Below, in pieces: positions 1 through 8,253 of a stretch of DNA of 32,000 nucleotides; position 1 is the stretch's first letter; each line of letters starts with the position of its first letter. The notes under the pieces were generated by a model. That model worked only from the letters and a program-made list of their open reading frames with translations. It was not told the origin of the DNA and did not search any database. The position numbers were made by a program, and so were the translations under genes. The DNA is from an uncultured Gammaproteobacteria bacterium. GTDB lineage: Bacteria > Patescibacteriota > Patescibacteriia > UBA2591 > UBA6264. Location: assembly GCA_964507075.1 (NCBI GenBank), contig CAZDOL010000001.1, positions 13,040-45,039 of the forward strand, written 5' to 3'.

Positions 1-73
1 AAGCATCTTTCTAAATAATGCTTTACATTCCAATTAACAATAATAATTGATAAAACCATAATCGCTTCGCTTA

Positions 74-101
74 AATTTCTAATTTCTAATTTCTAATTTC
101 T
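74..101. repeat. Tandem heptamer AATTTCT x4
   Basis: Four abutting perfect AATTTCT units at 74-80, 81-87, 88-94 and 95-101, in non-coding sequence downstream of the minus-strand glycosyltransferase gene. Confidence 0.9.
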
Positions 102-110
102 AAACAAATT

Positions 111-150
111 GCCTACTCCGCCGAAGTAGCTTCAGCTACGAAGGCCGGGC
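111..150. other. GC-rich imperfect hairpin module
   Basis: Core GTAGC(126-130)-TTCA-GCTAC(135-139) is extended by GC pairs across a purine-rich internal loop. It contains the words CGAAGTAGC and CGAAGG, which recur at 2987-3000. It is strongly GC-rich relative to its flanks. Confidence 0.5.
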
Positions 151-177
151 AAATTTTTTAAACTCAAAATTCTAAAT

Positions 178-217
178 CCCGATTTTATCGAGGATCCTCG
201 ATGGCTTTGCCATCGGG
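178..217. other. Nested palindromes (possible Y-shaped structure)
   Basis: CCCGAT(178-183) pairs with ATCGGG(212-217). These enclose the perfect 16-nt palindrome ATCGAGGATCCTCGAT (187-202) and GGC-TTT-GCC (203-211). An alternative 7-bp hairpin is CGATGGC-TTT-GCCATCG (199-215). Confidence 0.5.
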
Positions 218-241
218 ACGTTTTGTATTTTGAACATTTGA

Positions 242-347
242 ATTTTGATATTGTTTAGGATTTAGAAAATTAGAGTTTAGGGTTTTTAAAATTTAGGATT
301 TTATATTTTGATATTGTTTCGGATTTCGGATTTCGTGCTTCGAATTT
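242..347. repeat. Degenerate short-period (7-8 bp) repeat tract with a 22-bp direct repeat
   Basis: ATTTTGATATTGTTT[A/C]GGATTT occurs at 242-263 and 305-326 with one mismatch. TTAG recurs at 7-8 bp spacing between them. A heptamer run CGGATTT, CGGATTT, CGTGCTT, CGAATTT covers 320-347. The tract overlaps the last codons of the 301..1521 ORF. Confidence 0.8.
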
Positions 348-1521
348 TATTTAATATTTTCTCCATCATCTCGCCCAACTTTATTTCCCATGATTCTCGT
401 TTAACTCTTTCTGTTCTTTTTTCTCTTAATAATGAATCATCTTCTCTAAGTGCTAAATTTATTTTCTGATTAAAATCTTCATAATCTCCTGCTCTATAAA
501 TGACATCTTTGAATTTCTCAGTATCTGGCGTAGGGGTTGTAACTACTGGTCTTCCACAAGATAAATATTCCAAAAGTTTAAGAGAATAGGTAGATTCTAT
601 AAATTTATCTATTTTATGCGGAATAATAGCCACATCAAAAGAATTAACATAATCTGGAGCTTGAGAATATGGAATCCTTCCCGTTAAATAAATATTTTTG
701 TATTTTTCTAATCTTTTTCTGACATCTAATTTCCAGATTGGTCCAGCTAAAACAAAAGATTTCTTTGGATTGTTCTTTGCTAAATATTCTAATAATTCTA
801 CATCAAATCTATGTTGTATTGTACCCAAATAACCAATAACTGGCCTTAAAACATCGCTTACACCGCTTACTACATGGTCTGACCCTGTAGTGGTTGGGGC
901 AAAATGATTAACATCAACTCCATTAGGAATCCAGTGAACGTCTTTGATTCTTTCTTGATCTTTGAAAAAATCTTTCAGGCCTTCAGATACTGTAAAAATT
1001 AAATCACTTTTTTCGCAAATAATTTTATAATTCTTTCTTAAAACGTTTTGATGTTTTTTAAAAGAAGGATGCTCAACCCAATTATCAATAGCGTCAAAAA
1101 TTGTTAAATCCACCTTTATATTTGAAAAATAATCAACAAACATAGGAAAACAAGAATAGATTATTCTATACGCTTGAACACTTTTTTCAAAAACTTTATT
1201 TAATTTTTTAATAACCCTTTTATGAGAAAAAATAGAATCAATAGTAGAGAATATATAAAGCTCTGTTCCCTCTCTATCTATTCTAACACATCTAGTTGTT
1301 AAGTCTCTATAAACAACCTTTCCTTTTGGTCCTTGAATAATATTTTCCCAATAATTTCTGATTACTCTTTTGAAAGTAAAAGGCAAAAAATCAACTGCTA
1401 TTACCCTCTTTACGTCTTTATCTTGTAAAAAATAATTTAAAATATGATAATTACGATTAACAACTCCATGTTGCCATTCAGAATAACTAGACATATTGAA
1501 CATAATTATTTCATAATTCAT
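301..1521 (-). CDS. Glycosyltransferase (GT-B fold, GT4/GT1-like)
   Basis: 406-aa ORF. The C-terminal half has the typical retaining-GT pattern (GRIPYSQAPDYVNSFDVAIIPH...SLKLLEYLSCGRPVVTT, an E-x7-E-like region). It overlaps the upstream flippase gene by 11 nt. The start is ambiguous (Met at residues 1, 7 and 10), and the extreme C-terminus is encoded by repeat DNA. Confidence 0.75.
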   Translation of the reverse strand: MNYEIIMFNMSSYSEWQHGVVNRNYHILNYFLQDKDVKRVIAVDFLPFTFKRVIRNYWENIIQGPKGKVVYRDLTTRCVRIDREGTELYIFSTIDSIFSHKRVIKKLNKVFEKSVQAYRIIYSCFPMFVDYFSNIKVDLTIFDAIDNWVEHPSFKKHQNVLRKNYKIICEKSDLIFTVSEGLKDFFKDQERIKDVHWIPNGVDVNHFAPTTTGSDHVVSGVSDVLRPVIGYLGTIQHRFDVELLEYLAKNNPKKSFVLAGPIWKLDVRKRLEKYKNIYLTGRIPYSQAPDYVNSFDVAIIPHKIDKFIESTYSLKLLEYLSCGRPVVTTPTPDTEKFKDVIYRAGDYEDFNQKINLALREDDSLLREKRTERVKRESWEIKLGEMMEKILNKIRSTKSEIRNNIKI

Positions 1522-2959
1522 TTTGTTTTTTGTTTTTAATAATCGTAGTTAAAAATAATAATTCTTCTTTTTTTATTAGTCCCAAGACATAGGCAAAGAT
1601 GAAATAAACCGCAGTTCCTATAATCACAGTTATAATTAAGGGCAACCTGTCTTTAGTCATCAACAAAACCGCGCTCATCAGCAAACCAACCAAACAAACT
1701 AAAACAAATTTTTGAAATAAATATCGCCAATTAATCTTGATGATTTTCCGACTCCAATAAATTTCTAAAACAAACAAAAAAGAAAAACTAATTAAAACTG
1801 CCCAACTAGAGCCCACATGAAAAAATAAAGGAACTAAAAATAAATTAAGAGCTATAAAAATTCCAGCTCCCAGACCATGAATTAAAGTGTTGATCTTTTG
1901 CTTTTCGCAGGCATTTAAAAATCCACTGATTATATAATCCAAAAACATAAAAGGTAAAGCAGCGGCTAAAATAATCAGAGCTGGAACAGCTGAGAGATAA
2001 TCAGGGCCGTAGACAAATAAAACTATTGGTCGCGCTAAGACAATCAAACCTAGCGCCAAAGGAATAGTTATTAAAATCATATAAAAAATCCCTTGAGTAA
2101 AAAGTTTTTTAAGATACTCTCTAGAATGGACAAAATAATAACTAAAAGAAGGATAAAGTGCTGTGCTTAAGGAGCCGGCGATTAATAACAAAAATGCTAA
2201 AACCAATTTTTGAGCAGCGCTATACCAACCAACGAATTTATCTCCAGATTGAAGGGAAAGAAGAATGGTATCGCTGGTAGCAAAAATTTTGGCAAAAATA
2301 GCAGTTACAAAAAATGGCCAAGCCAAGACCAACAGAGATTTCATAGTTTTCCCATTAAAACGTGGCCATGGCCAAGAATGCATTTTCTTTTTGAAAAAAA
2401 TTACTGCGTTGATTAAATAAAAAAAACTTCCGGCTACTAAAGGCAAAACCATAAAAATAACTGGAGCTCGTAAATAAATCAGTATTAAACCGACAATCAG
2501 CATAATTGTTTTATGGACTACAATCCCTAAGCTTTCAAATTTTAAATTTAAGTGGCCCCTAAAAACATGATATAAACAAAGCGCTAAAGCATCCAAAAAA
2601 ATAACCAAAATATTCAAATAAACTAATTGTTTGGTCAAAAGAGGATAATCTAAAAGGTTAATGGCCAAATAGATTATAAAAAAAACCAGCACACTGCTGA
2701 TAATATTAAATGTTAATATATTTCCGAAATAAGATTTGGTTTTTTCTTTGTTACGAGCAATTTCTCTGGTTAAAACAGCAAACAATCCAACATCTATTAA
2801 AACAGCAAACAGTGCTGTAAAAGAAATTGCAAAAGTATATTTGCCAAAATTATCCGCTCCCAAATAACGAGCCAAGAGAATAAAATAAAAAAGCGCTACC
2901 ACCTTCTGGTAACCATAAGCAACCAACAAATAGAAAGTGTTCTTAGCTGTAGAAATCAT
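1511..2959 (-). CDS. Polysaccharide/oligosaccharide flippase (MOP superfamily, Wzx-like)
   Basis: 482-aa polytopic membrane ORF. The N-terminus (KNTFYLLVAYGYQKVVALFYFILLARYLGADNFGKYTFAISF) is typical of polysaccharide biosynthesis (Wzx) proteins. It is coupled to the glycosyltransferase gene. Confidence 0.75.
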   Translation of the reverse strand: MISTAKNTFYLLVAYGYQKVVALFYFILLARYLGADNFGKYTFAISFTALFAVLIDVGLFAVLTREIARNKEKTKSYFGNILTFNIISSVLVFFIIYLAINLLDYPLLTKQLVYLNILVIFLDALALCLYHVFRGHLNLKFESLGIVVHKTIMLIVGLILIYLRAPVIFMVLPLVAGSFFYLINAVIFFKKKMHSWPWPRFNGKTMKSLLVLAWPFFVTAIFAKIFATSDTILLSLQSGDKFVGWYSAAQKLVLAFLLLIAGSLSTALYPSFSYYFVHSREYLKKLFTQGIFYMILITIPLALGLIVLARPIVLFVYGPDYLSAVPALIILAAALPFMFLDYIISGFLNACEKQKINTLIHGLGAGIFIALNLFLVPLFFHVGSSWAVLISFSFLFVLEIYWSRKIIKINWRYLFQKFVLVCLVGLLMSAVLLMTKDRLPLIITVIIGTAVYFIFAYVLGLIKKEELLFLTTIIKNKKQNEL

Positions 2960-2962
2960 ACT

Positions 2963-3018
2963 AAATTTGTCGAAATTTACAAGTTACGAAGTAGCGAAGG
3001 AAATTTCGTTACAAATTT
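2963..3018. other. Long AT-rich hairpin with a GC-richer loop
   Basis: AAATTTGTCGAAATTT (2963-2978) pairs with AAATTTCG-tt-ACAAATTT (3001-3018). This gives 16 bp with a 2-nt bulge. The loop carries CGAAGTAGCGAAGG (2987-3000). It sits between the GIY-YIG stop and the flippase start codon at 2959. Confidence 0.6.
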
Positions 3019-3278
3019 GAGTACCCTGTTAAATAAGATTTAAGGCGATTTTTTAAAAACATTTTGCCGAGATAAGTTTTGAAATACTTTTCTCTATGTC
3101 TGGCGTCCCTTTCGTTCAAAGAAGCTTCATAATAAATCAATTCTAATGGTCTTCTGTTTGTCGTAGATTTTACATTCCCTTCTTGGTGTTCCTTAAATCT
3201 TAATTTTAAATTTTTTGTATAACCTGCATAGAATTTATTATCTTTTAAAGATTGCAAAATATAAACATAATATAACAT
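3009..3278 (-). CDS. Small GIY-YIG domain nuclease-family protein (UPF0213/YhbQ-like size class)
   Basis: 89-aa ORF. It begins YYVYILQSLKDNKFYAGYTKNLKLRFKEHQ and continues ...RRPLELIYYE...AR.RE, which matches the GIY-YIG motif layout. Confidence 0.8.
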   Translation of the reverse strand: MLYYVYILQSLKDNKFYAGYTKNLKLRFKEHQEGNVKSTTNRRPLELIYYEASLNERDARHREKYFKTYLGKMFLKNRLKSYLTGYSNL

Positions 3279-3315
3279 GCTATTCTATGAAAATTTAAAA
3301 TTATTTAACAGGGTA
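3022..3315. repeat. Perfect 15-bp inverted repeat bracketing the GIY-YIG gene
   Basis: TACCCTGTTAAATAA at 3022-3036 is the exact reverse complement of TTATTTAACAGGGTA at 3301-3315. The pair encloses nearly the whole GIY-YIG ORF plus 23-37 nt upstream of it. Confidence 0.85.
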
Positions 3316-3373
3316 AAGGTTTTGTTGCTGAAAAATCTTCACCCTACGGGTTTGATTTTGTCTGACAAAATCT

Positions 3374-3961
3374 TTACCGTTTTGACCATTGTGGAGCACG
3401 GCGCGCTCTTTTCAGGCCAGGTTTCTTCCTTTCTTTCTTGCGTGGGTCTCGGCGAAGGAAACCTTCTGATTTTAGTTCTTTTCTCCATTCAGGATTAAAA
3501 ATGACTAAAGCGCGAGTAATTCCTAAACGCACAGCTTCAGCCTGACTTTTAATGCCCCCTCCCTTAACATTAGCTTTAATCGAGAAATCTTTCTCTCTTT
3601 TCAATAAAACCAAAGGTTCTAAAATAATTTTTCTTAAACCAGGAACCAAAGAACAAGATGCAAGCGGTTTTTTGTTGATAAAAACATCTCCCGAACCATC
3701 AGAATAAAACTTTACGCGAGCAATGGCCGTTTTCCTTTTGCCGGTTGCCCAAATAACTATAGATTGTTTTGCGCTTTTGGTTTGAATCTTTGGCTTATTA
3801 ACAGATTTAATTGCCTTGAAGGCAGGCGCTTTCTTCTTGGGAACAGCTTTGCGCAAAGTTTTGTGATTAACTGTTGTTTTTTTCTTAGTTATTTTTTTAA
3901 CAACTTTTTTAATCGGTTTTTTTTCTGTTTTCTCTTTTTTCAACACTTTCTTAATGGGCAT
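3374..3961 (-). CDS. rpsI: 30S ribosomal protein S9 with a Lys-rich N-terminal extension of about 65 aa
   Basis: The core reads ATGKRKTAIARVKF...GGGIKSQAEAVRLGITRAL...LRRDPRKKERKKPGLKRARRAPQWSKR, the canonical S9 C-terminus. There is no in-frame ATG, GTG or TTG between the annotated start and the S9 core. Confidence 0.92.
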   Translation of the reverse strand: MPIKKVLKKEKTEKKPIKKVVKKITKKKTTVNHKTLRKAVPKKKAPAFKAIKSVNKPKIQTKSAKQSIVIWATGKRKTAIARVKFYSDGSGDVFINKKPLASCSLVPGLRKIILEPLVLLKREKDFSIKANVKGGGIKSQAEAVRLGITRALVIFNPEWRKELKSEGFLRRDPRKKERKKPGLKRARRAPQWSKR

Positions 3962-4024
3962 AAAATAAATATAATATTAGTTAATTGCTTATATAGTTTT
4001 CTTATCTTAACAGAATAAAAAAAA

Positions 4025-4205
4025 TCAGCAACCCCCACACCAAACAGCAATAATGTTTATCCCCACACCTATGTATAGGTGTGGTGGGCTTTCTCGCATT
4101 TTTTAATTTTTTTAAAGCAAAGTAAATTTTTTGCAAAAAATAGATTAAGCCGTTGAAGGATAGTTCGCATTAAAAATGCATTGCTGTTATGGTGTGGGGG
4201 CAACC
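4025..4205. ncRNA. Candidate structured RNA, family unassigned
   Basis: The closing helix of about 20 bp pairs 4031-4050 with 4179-4199 (10 bp CCCCCACACC/GGTGTGGGGG, then 3 bp, then 7 bp CAGCAAT/ATTGCTG, with one bulged A). An inner hairpin at 4059-4087 has an 11-12 bp stem and a TGTA loop. A small hairpin GCATT-AAA-AATGC lies at 4166-4178. The interval has no ORF, and a canonical terminator follows at 4216-4248. Confidence 0.4.
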
Positions 4206-4215
4206 CCTTATAACC

Positions 4216-4248
4216 AAAAAGTTTGGTGGCTCAGCCACCAAACTTTTT
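4216..4248. terminator. Bidirectional rho-independent terminator
   Basis: AAAAA-GTTTGGTGGC-TCA-GCCACCAAAC-TTTTT: a perfect 10-bp stem with a 3-nt loop and a T-run on both strands. It lies 29 nt downstream of the last gene of the dnaK operon on the minus strand. Confidence 0.85.
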
Positions 4249-4276
4249 AAACCACCATTTATGAATTTTTTGTTTT

Positions 4277-5083
4277 CTAAAATTTTATAACCTCAGCTGA
4301 TTTCATTTGAGAGTCAATTTTAACCACTTTGCAAATAAATAAAATATAAAATATGATTCTCGCTAGAATAATTGACACTATTATTAAAATCATACCCGCA
4401 AATCTCAAAGCCAAAAACAAAGCTACTGCAATACCAATAGAAATCTCTTTAGAGTATGGCCCTATAAACTCTTTCAGGCCTTGATTAACGCTTTGAGCTA
4501 ACTTAATCTCAATTCCCCTATTCTCTAAATTAACTAATCCTGTTTGGTTTAAACCAGTGGGCAAGGAATTAGAAATAATTTCATTCGATAGATTAACCAA
4601 TGGCTTAAAAACCTGAGTAGGAATCTCAAGGGCTTGTTGGTCTATTGCTAACAAAGGATTAAAATAATATATCACAGCCAACAACAAAGATATTGCCAAA
4701 ACAACAAATGATAATCCCTTAAAACAAGATTTTCTAAGCGACAATCTAATTCTTTGTTCTCTATCACGGCGTGAATATTCATATCCTGCACTCAACAATA
4801 AAAAAACCAAGAAACCTGTTAAAAAATAAATCTCGTTAAAACCGAAAAAAAGAAAAAAAGAAAAAAATAATAACAGAAGGGTGGAATAAACGAAATAGCG
4901 ATTATCCATCAGAAAGAAGAACAAAGAAATGAAGGTGAGAAATATTAAATATAGAATTCCTAATTGCCCTAAATGGATTAAGTTGGGATAAACAAAGAAC
5001 AAAGACAAACGCCAAAACAACAAAATAACTACCGATAAAATCAAAAAAGAAAACACAAAATATTTAAGTGATATAAATTTCAT
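4277..5083 (-). CDS. Polytopic membrane protein, function unknown (last gene of the hrcA-grpE-dnaK unit)
   Basis: 268-aa ORF with several hydrophobic segments at both ends and a central soluble loop. It starts 11 nt after the dnaK stop. I recognise no family motif. Confidence 0.6.
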   Translation of the reverse strand: MKFISLKYFVFSFLILSVVILLFWRLSLFFVYPNLIHLGQLGILYLIFLTFISLFFFLMDNRYFVYSTLLLLFFSFFLFFGFNEIYFLTGFLVFLLLSAGYEYSRRDREQRIRLSLRKSCFKGLSFVVLAISLLLAVIYYFNPLLAIDQQALEIPTQVFKPLVNLSNEIISNSLPTGLNQTGLVNLENRGIEIKLAQSVNQGLKEFIGPYSKEISIGIAVALFLALRFAGMILIIVSIILARIIFYILFICKVVKIDSQMKSAEVIKF

Positions 5084-5094
5084 AATATCTATGT

Positions 5095-6987
5095 TTATTT
5101 TTGGGGCTCTTCTTCAAACTCTCCCTCAATTGGTTCTTGTTCGTCATTCTTTTTTGAATCATCTTCTTCTTTTGGGCCACCTTCCTTTGATTCTGATGGT
5201 GCTGATTGATCGGGACCAGCCTTAGCTTTAGCCTCTTCATACATAGCCGCTCCCATTTTTTGGATAGTATCTTCTAATTCTTGATTAACTTTTTTTAAGG
5301 CCTCTAAATCCTGCCCATCTTTAACTTTTTTAAGCTCTTCAATTTTTTCTTCAACTGTCTTTTTATCTTCTGGCTTTATCTTGTCACCTGCATCCTTAAT
5401 TGTCTTTTCGCAAGTGTAGATTAAATTATCGGCTTTATTCCTTATATCAATCATTTCTTTTTGTTTACGATCTTCGCTAGCAAATTTCTCGGCTTCTTTC
5501 TTCATTTTCTCAATTTCTTCTTTAGAAAGCGCAGAGGAATCTTTAATGGTAATATGTTGTTCTTTGTTGGTGGCTTTATCTTTGGCGCTAACCGTTAAAA
5601 TACCACTAGCATCAATATCAAATTTAACTTCTATCTGAGGAATGCCCCGAGGTGCTGGAGGAATACTATCTAAAATAAAACGACCTAAAGTGCGATTAGC
5701 TGAAGCCATGGGTCTTTCTCCTTGAAGAACATGTATTTCCACGGAGGTTTGACTATTAGCAGCTGTAGAAAAAGTCTGAGATTTTTCAGCCGGAATAGTA
5801 GTATTTCTTTCAATAAGCGGAGTCATTACTCCTCCTAAAGTTTCAATTCCTAAAGTTAGGGGCGTAACATCCAAAAGTAAAACATCTTTAACTTCTTCCT
5901 CTCCTCCTAAAATAGCAGCCTGAATAGCAGCTCCCATAGCTACACATTCCATTGGATCAACGCCGCGGGCTACCTTATCTCCAAAAATATTTTCAATAAA
6001 TTTTTGAACAATAGGCATTCTGGTTGGACCCCCCACTAAAACAACTTTTTCTACGCTGGCAGGATTCAATTTAGCATCTTTCATGGCTTGCTCAATGGAT
6101 TTGCGACAACGTTCTACAATAGATTTTACTAGTTCTTCTAATTTGGTTCGGGTAATTTTCTTCAACATATGCTTTGGCCCTTGCTTATCTGCAGTAATAA
6201 AAGGCAAATTAATTTCTGTTTCTAAGGTAGAAGAAAGTTCAATTTTTGCTTTCTCTGTTGCTTCTCTAATTCTTTGCATGGCCATTTTGTCATTTGAAAG
6301 ATCAATCCCCTGTTCATTTTTAAAAGAACCAACAATATCATTGACCAAAATCTCATCCATATCTGTTCCCCCCAATGCAGTATCGCCCGAGGTGGAGATA
6401 ACCTCAAATACTCCTTCGCCAAAATTCATAATAGTCACATCAAGGGTTCCAGCTCCCATATCAAAAACAAGAACCTGCTGATCTTTCCCTTCGGACTTAT
6501 CTAAACCATATGCAAAAGAAGCTGCTGTGGGCTCATTAACTAGACGAACTACTTCTAAACCGGCGATAGCTCCAGCATCCTTGGTTGCTTGACGCTGAGC
6601 ATCATTAAAATAAGCTGGAACAGTAATAACTGCTTTTTCCACCTTATCTCCAAAATATAGTTCTGAGTCCTTTTTAATTTTTTGAAGAATGAAAGCTGAA
6701 ATTTGCTGGGGAGTATATTCCTTATCAAAAATTTTATATTTATGATCAGTTCCCATTTTTCTTTTAGCAGAAAATACTGTGCCTTCTGGATTAGCAACCG
6801 CTTGACGACGAGCTGGTTCCCCTACTAATAATTGTCCATCCTTAGTAAAGGCAACACAAGAAGGAAAGGCCTTTCCCCCCACTACTGTAGTACCTTCAGC
6901 CGATGGAATCATTTTTGACTTACCTGCCTCCATATAAGCGGCGGCAGAATTAGATGTTCCTAAGTCAATACCAATAATCTTGCTCAT
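5095..6987 (-). CDS. dnaK: Molecular chaperone DnaK (Hsp70)
   Basis: 630 aa with Hsp70 signatures [20 protein letters not shown] and [17 protein letters not shown] Shine-Dalgarno sequence precedes the ATG. Confidence 0.97.
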   Translation of the reverse strand: MSKIIGIDLGTSNSAAAYMEAGKSKMIPSAEGTTVVGGKAFPSCVAFTKDGQLLVGEPARRQAVANPEGTVFSAKRKMGTDHKYKIFDKEYTPQQISAFILQKIKKDSELYFGDKVEKAVITVPAYFNDAQRQATKDAGAIAGLEVVRLVNEPTAASFAYGLDKSEGKDQQVLVFDMGAGTLDVTIMNFGEGVFEVISTSGDTALGGTDMDEILVNDIVGSFKNEQGIDLSNDKMAMQRIREATEKAKIELSSTLETEINLPFITADKQGPKHMLKKITRTKLEELVKSIVERCRKSIEQAMKDAKLNPASVEKVVLVGGPTRMPIVQKFIENIFGDKVARGVDPMECVAMGAAIQAAILGGEEEVKDVLLLDVTPLTLGIETLGGVMTPLIERNTTIPAEKSQTFSTAANSQTSVEIHVLQGERPMASANRTLGRFILDSIPPAPRGIPQIEVKFDIDASGILTVSAKDKATNKEQHITIKDSSALSKEEIEKMKKEAEKFASEDRKQKEMIDIRNKADNLIYTCEKTIKDAGDKIKPEDKKTVEEKIEELKKVKDGQDLEALKKVNQELEDTIQKMGAAMYEEAKAKAGPDQSAPSESKEGGPKEEDDSKKNDEQEPIEGEFEEEPQK

Positions 6988-7046
6988 AATTTATACCTCA
7001 TTTAATATTGCATTAATAATAAATGCAATATTTTATTTACTAAATT

Positions 7047-7517
7047 TTATTTAATAATTACTTTTGCTACACGAATAATGTGTTCCCCCATTTTATATCC
7101 AGCCTGCACTTCGCTGGCCACTATATTTTGAAAATTGTCAGAAGATACTCTGTCTACTGCCTCGTGGCAACTTGGGTCAAAGGGTTCTCCAGTAGTTTTT
7201 ATTTTTTCTACTTCATGGGCTTTCAAAAAATTTTCAAACTGCCCTTTAATTTGAACGACTCCCTGAACCCATTCTTTACCCTTTAACTCTTTTGGAATAT
7301 GCTTTAAGCATTGATTAAAGCTATCTAAAAAATTTAATAGATCTAAAATCAATTTAGAGTTAGAAAATTTAATCCAAGATTCTTTTTCCCTATCAATCCC
7401 TTTCTCGCGATTTATATAATCGGCCTTAGCGCGTTGCCATCCCTTTAAATGCTCTTGTGATTTAATGCGTTCTTCTTCTAATTTCTTTTTTAATTTTTTT
7501 ATTTCTTTTTCTTGCAT
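7047..7517 (-). CDS. grpE: Nucleotide exchange factor GrpE
   Basis: 156 aa with an N-terminal coiled coil and the C-terminal pattern ...TGEPFDPSCHEAV...GYKMGEHIIRVAKV, typical of GrpE. It lies between hrcA and dnaK. Confidence 0.9.
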   Translation of the reverse strand: MQEKEIKKLKKKLEEERIKSQEHLKGWQRAKADYINREKGIDREKESWIKFSNSKLILDLLNFLDSFNQCLKHIPKELKGKEWVQGVVQIKGQFENFLKAHEVEKIKTTGEPFDPSCHEAVDRVSSDNFQNIVASEVQAGYKMGEHIIRVAKVIIK

Positions 7518-7523
7518 ATATGT

Positions 7524-8243
7524 CTAATCTTCAAAAATTAATTCCTCGTTTATTATTTCTTTAACGCTTTCAATAAGAGCCAAATTCCTATTATAATTCA
7601 TTCTAATCGGCCCCAAAATTCCTATCAGTCCACAATCTACGCTTCCCAGCAAATTACAACGAGTTAAAATAGCGCTGCAAGAACCACTAAAAAGATTTTT
7701 CTCTCCCATCAAAATTTGGGTTTCTCCACCAATAGAATCAAAAAGATCTAACATAATAGCATCTAAGTGATCAACAATCTGTGAAAATTCCTGCAAAATT
7801 AAAGCATTTTGAAATTCTGGCTGACCAAAAAGACGCGCAAATCCAGTATAGTAAAAAGAATTATCATCAAATTTAAGAATGCCCAGTTCTCCGCTCAAAC
7901 AAGCAATCTCTTTGACTAATTCTTTGGCTAAAGTTAATTGATCAAAATTTTTAGGCCTAACCTTTTCTAATTTCTTTTTCTCAGACTTAGGGGCCATTCC
8001 TGCCTTAGGCAAAAGATGGGAAACAAAATAACGAAACCCTTTAAGTGTTGGAGTTCTACCAGCAGAAGTATGCTCTTGCCACAAATAGCCTTGTTGCGCC
8101 AAGTCAACCATCTCCGCTCTAATGGTAGCAGAGCTAACCTTGGGCTCTAGTTTGGCAGATAAATATTCTGAGCTAACTGCTTGAGCGGTTTTGACATATT
8201 CTCCTAGAATAATTTTAAATATTTCTTCTTGTCTTTTGGTCAT
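7524..8243 (-). CDS. hrcA: Heat-inducible transcription repressor HrcA (short form)
   Basis: The N-terminal winged-helix region (TKRQEEIFKIILGEYVKTAQAVSSEYLS...SSATIRAEMVDLAQQGYLWQEHTSAGRTPTLKGFRYFV) matches HrcA. I prefer the Met at 8243 as the start. The extension to 8279 (MFQCSNVPMIIF) is encoded by the 8-mer repeat array. Confidence 0.85.
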   Translation of the reverse strand: MTKRQEEIFKIILGEYVKTAQAVSSEYLSAKLEPKVSSATIRAEMVDLAQQGYLWQEHTSAGRTPTLKGFRYFVSHLLPKAGMAPKSEKKKLEKVRPKNFDQLTLAKELVKEIACLSGELGILKFDDNSFYYTGFARLFGQPEFQNALILQEFSQIVDHLDAIMLDLFDSIGGETQILMGEKNLFSGSCSAILTRCNLLGSVDCGLIGILGPIRMNYNRNLALIESVKEIINEELIFED

Positions 8244-8253
8244 AAAAATAATC

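Noticed and set aside
74-347. Possibility that the short tandem repeats here, or at 8254-8294 and 13810-13842, form a CRISPR array
   Set aside because: The units are only 7-8 bp and abut directly with no spacers, and there are no cas genes. This is not CRISPR architecture.
4052-4105. 17-codon mini-ORF (MFIPTPMYRCGGLSRIF) inside the structured element as a leader peptide
   Set aside because: It has no Shine-Dalgarno sequence and no run of regulatory codons, and its sequence is dictated by the hairpin arms. RNA structure explains it better.
6083-6797. ORFs antisense to or out of frame with dnaK (6083..6481 +, 6222..6422 -, 6555..6797 -)
   Set aside because: They lie entirely inside the strongly supported dnaK frame, have a low-complexity or odd composition, and match no recognisable motif. 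They are typical shadow ORFs.
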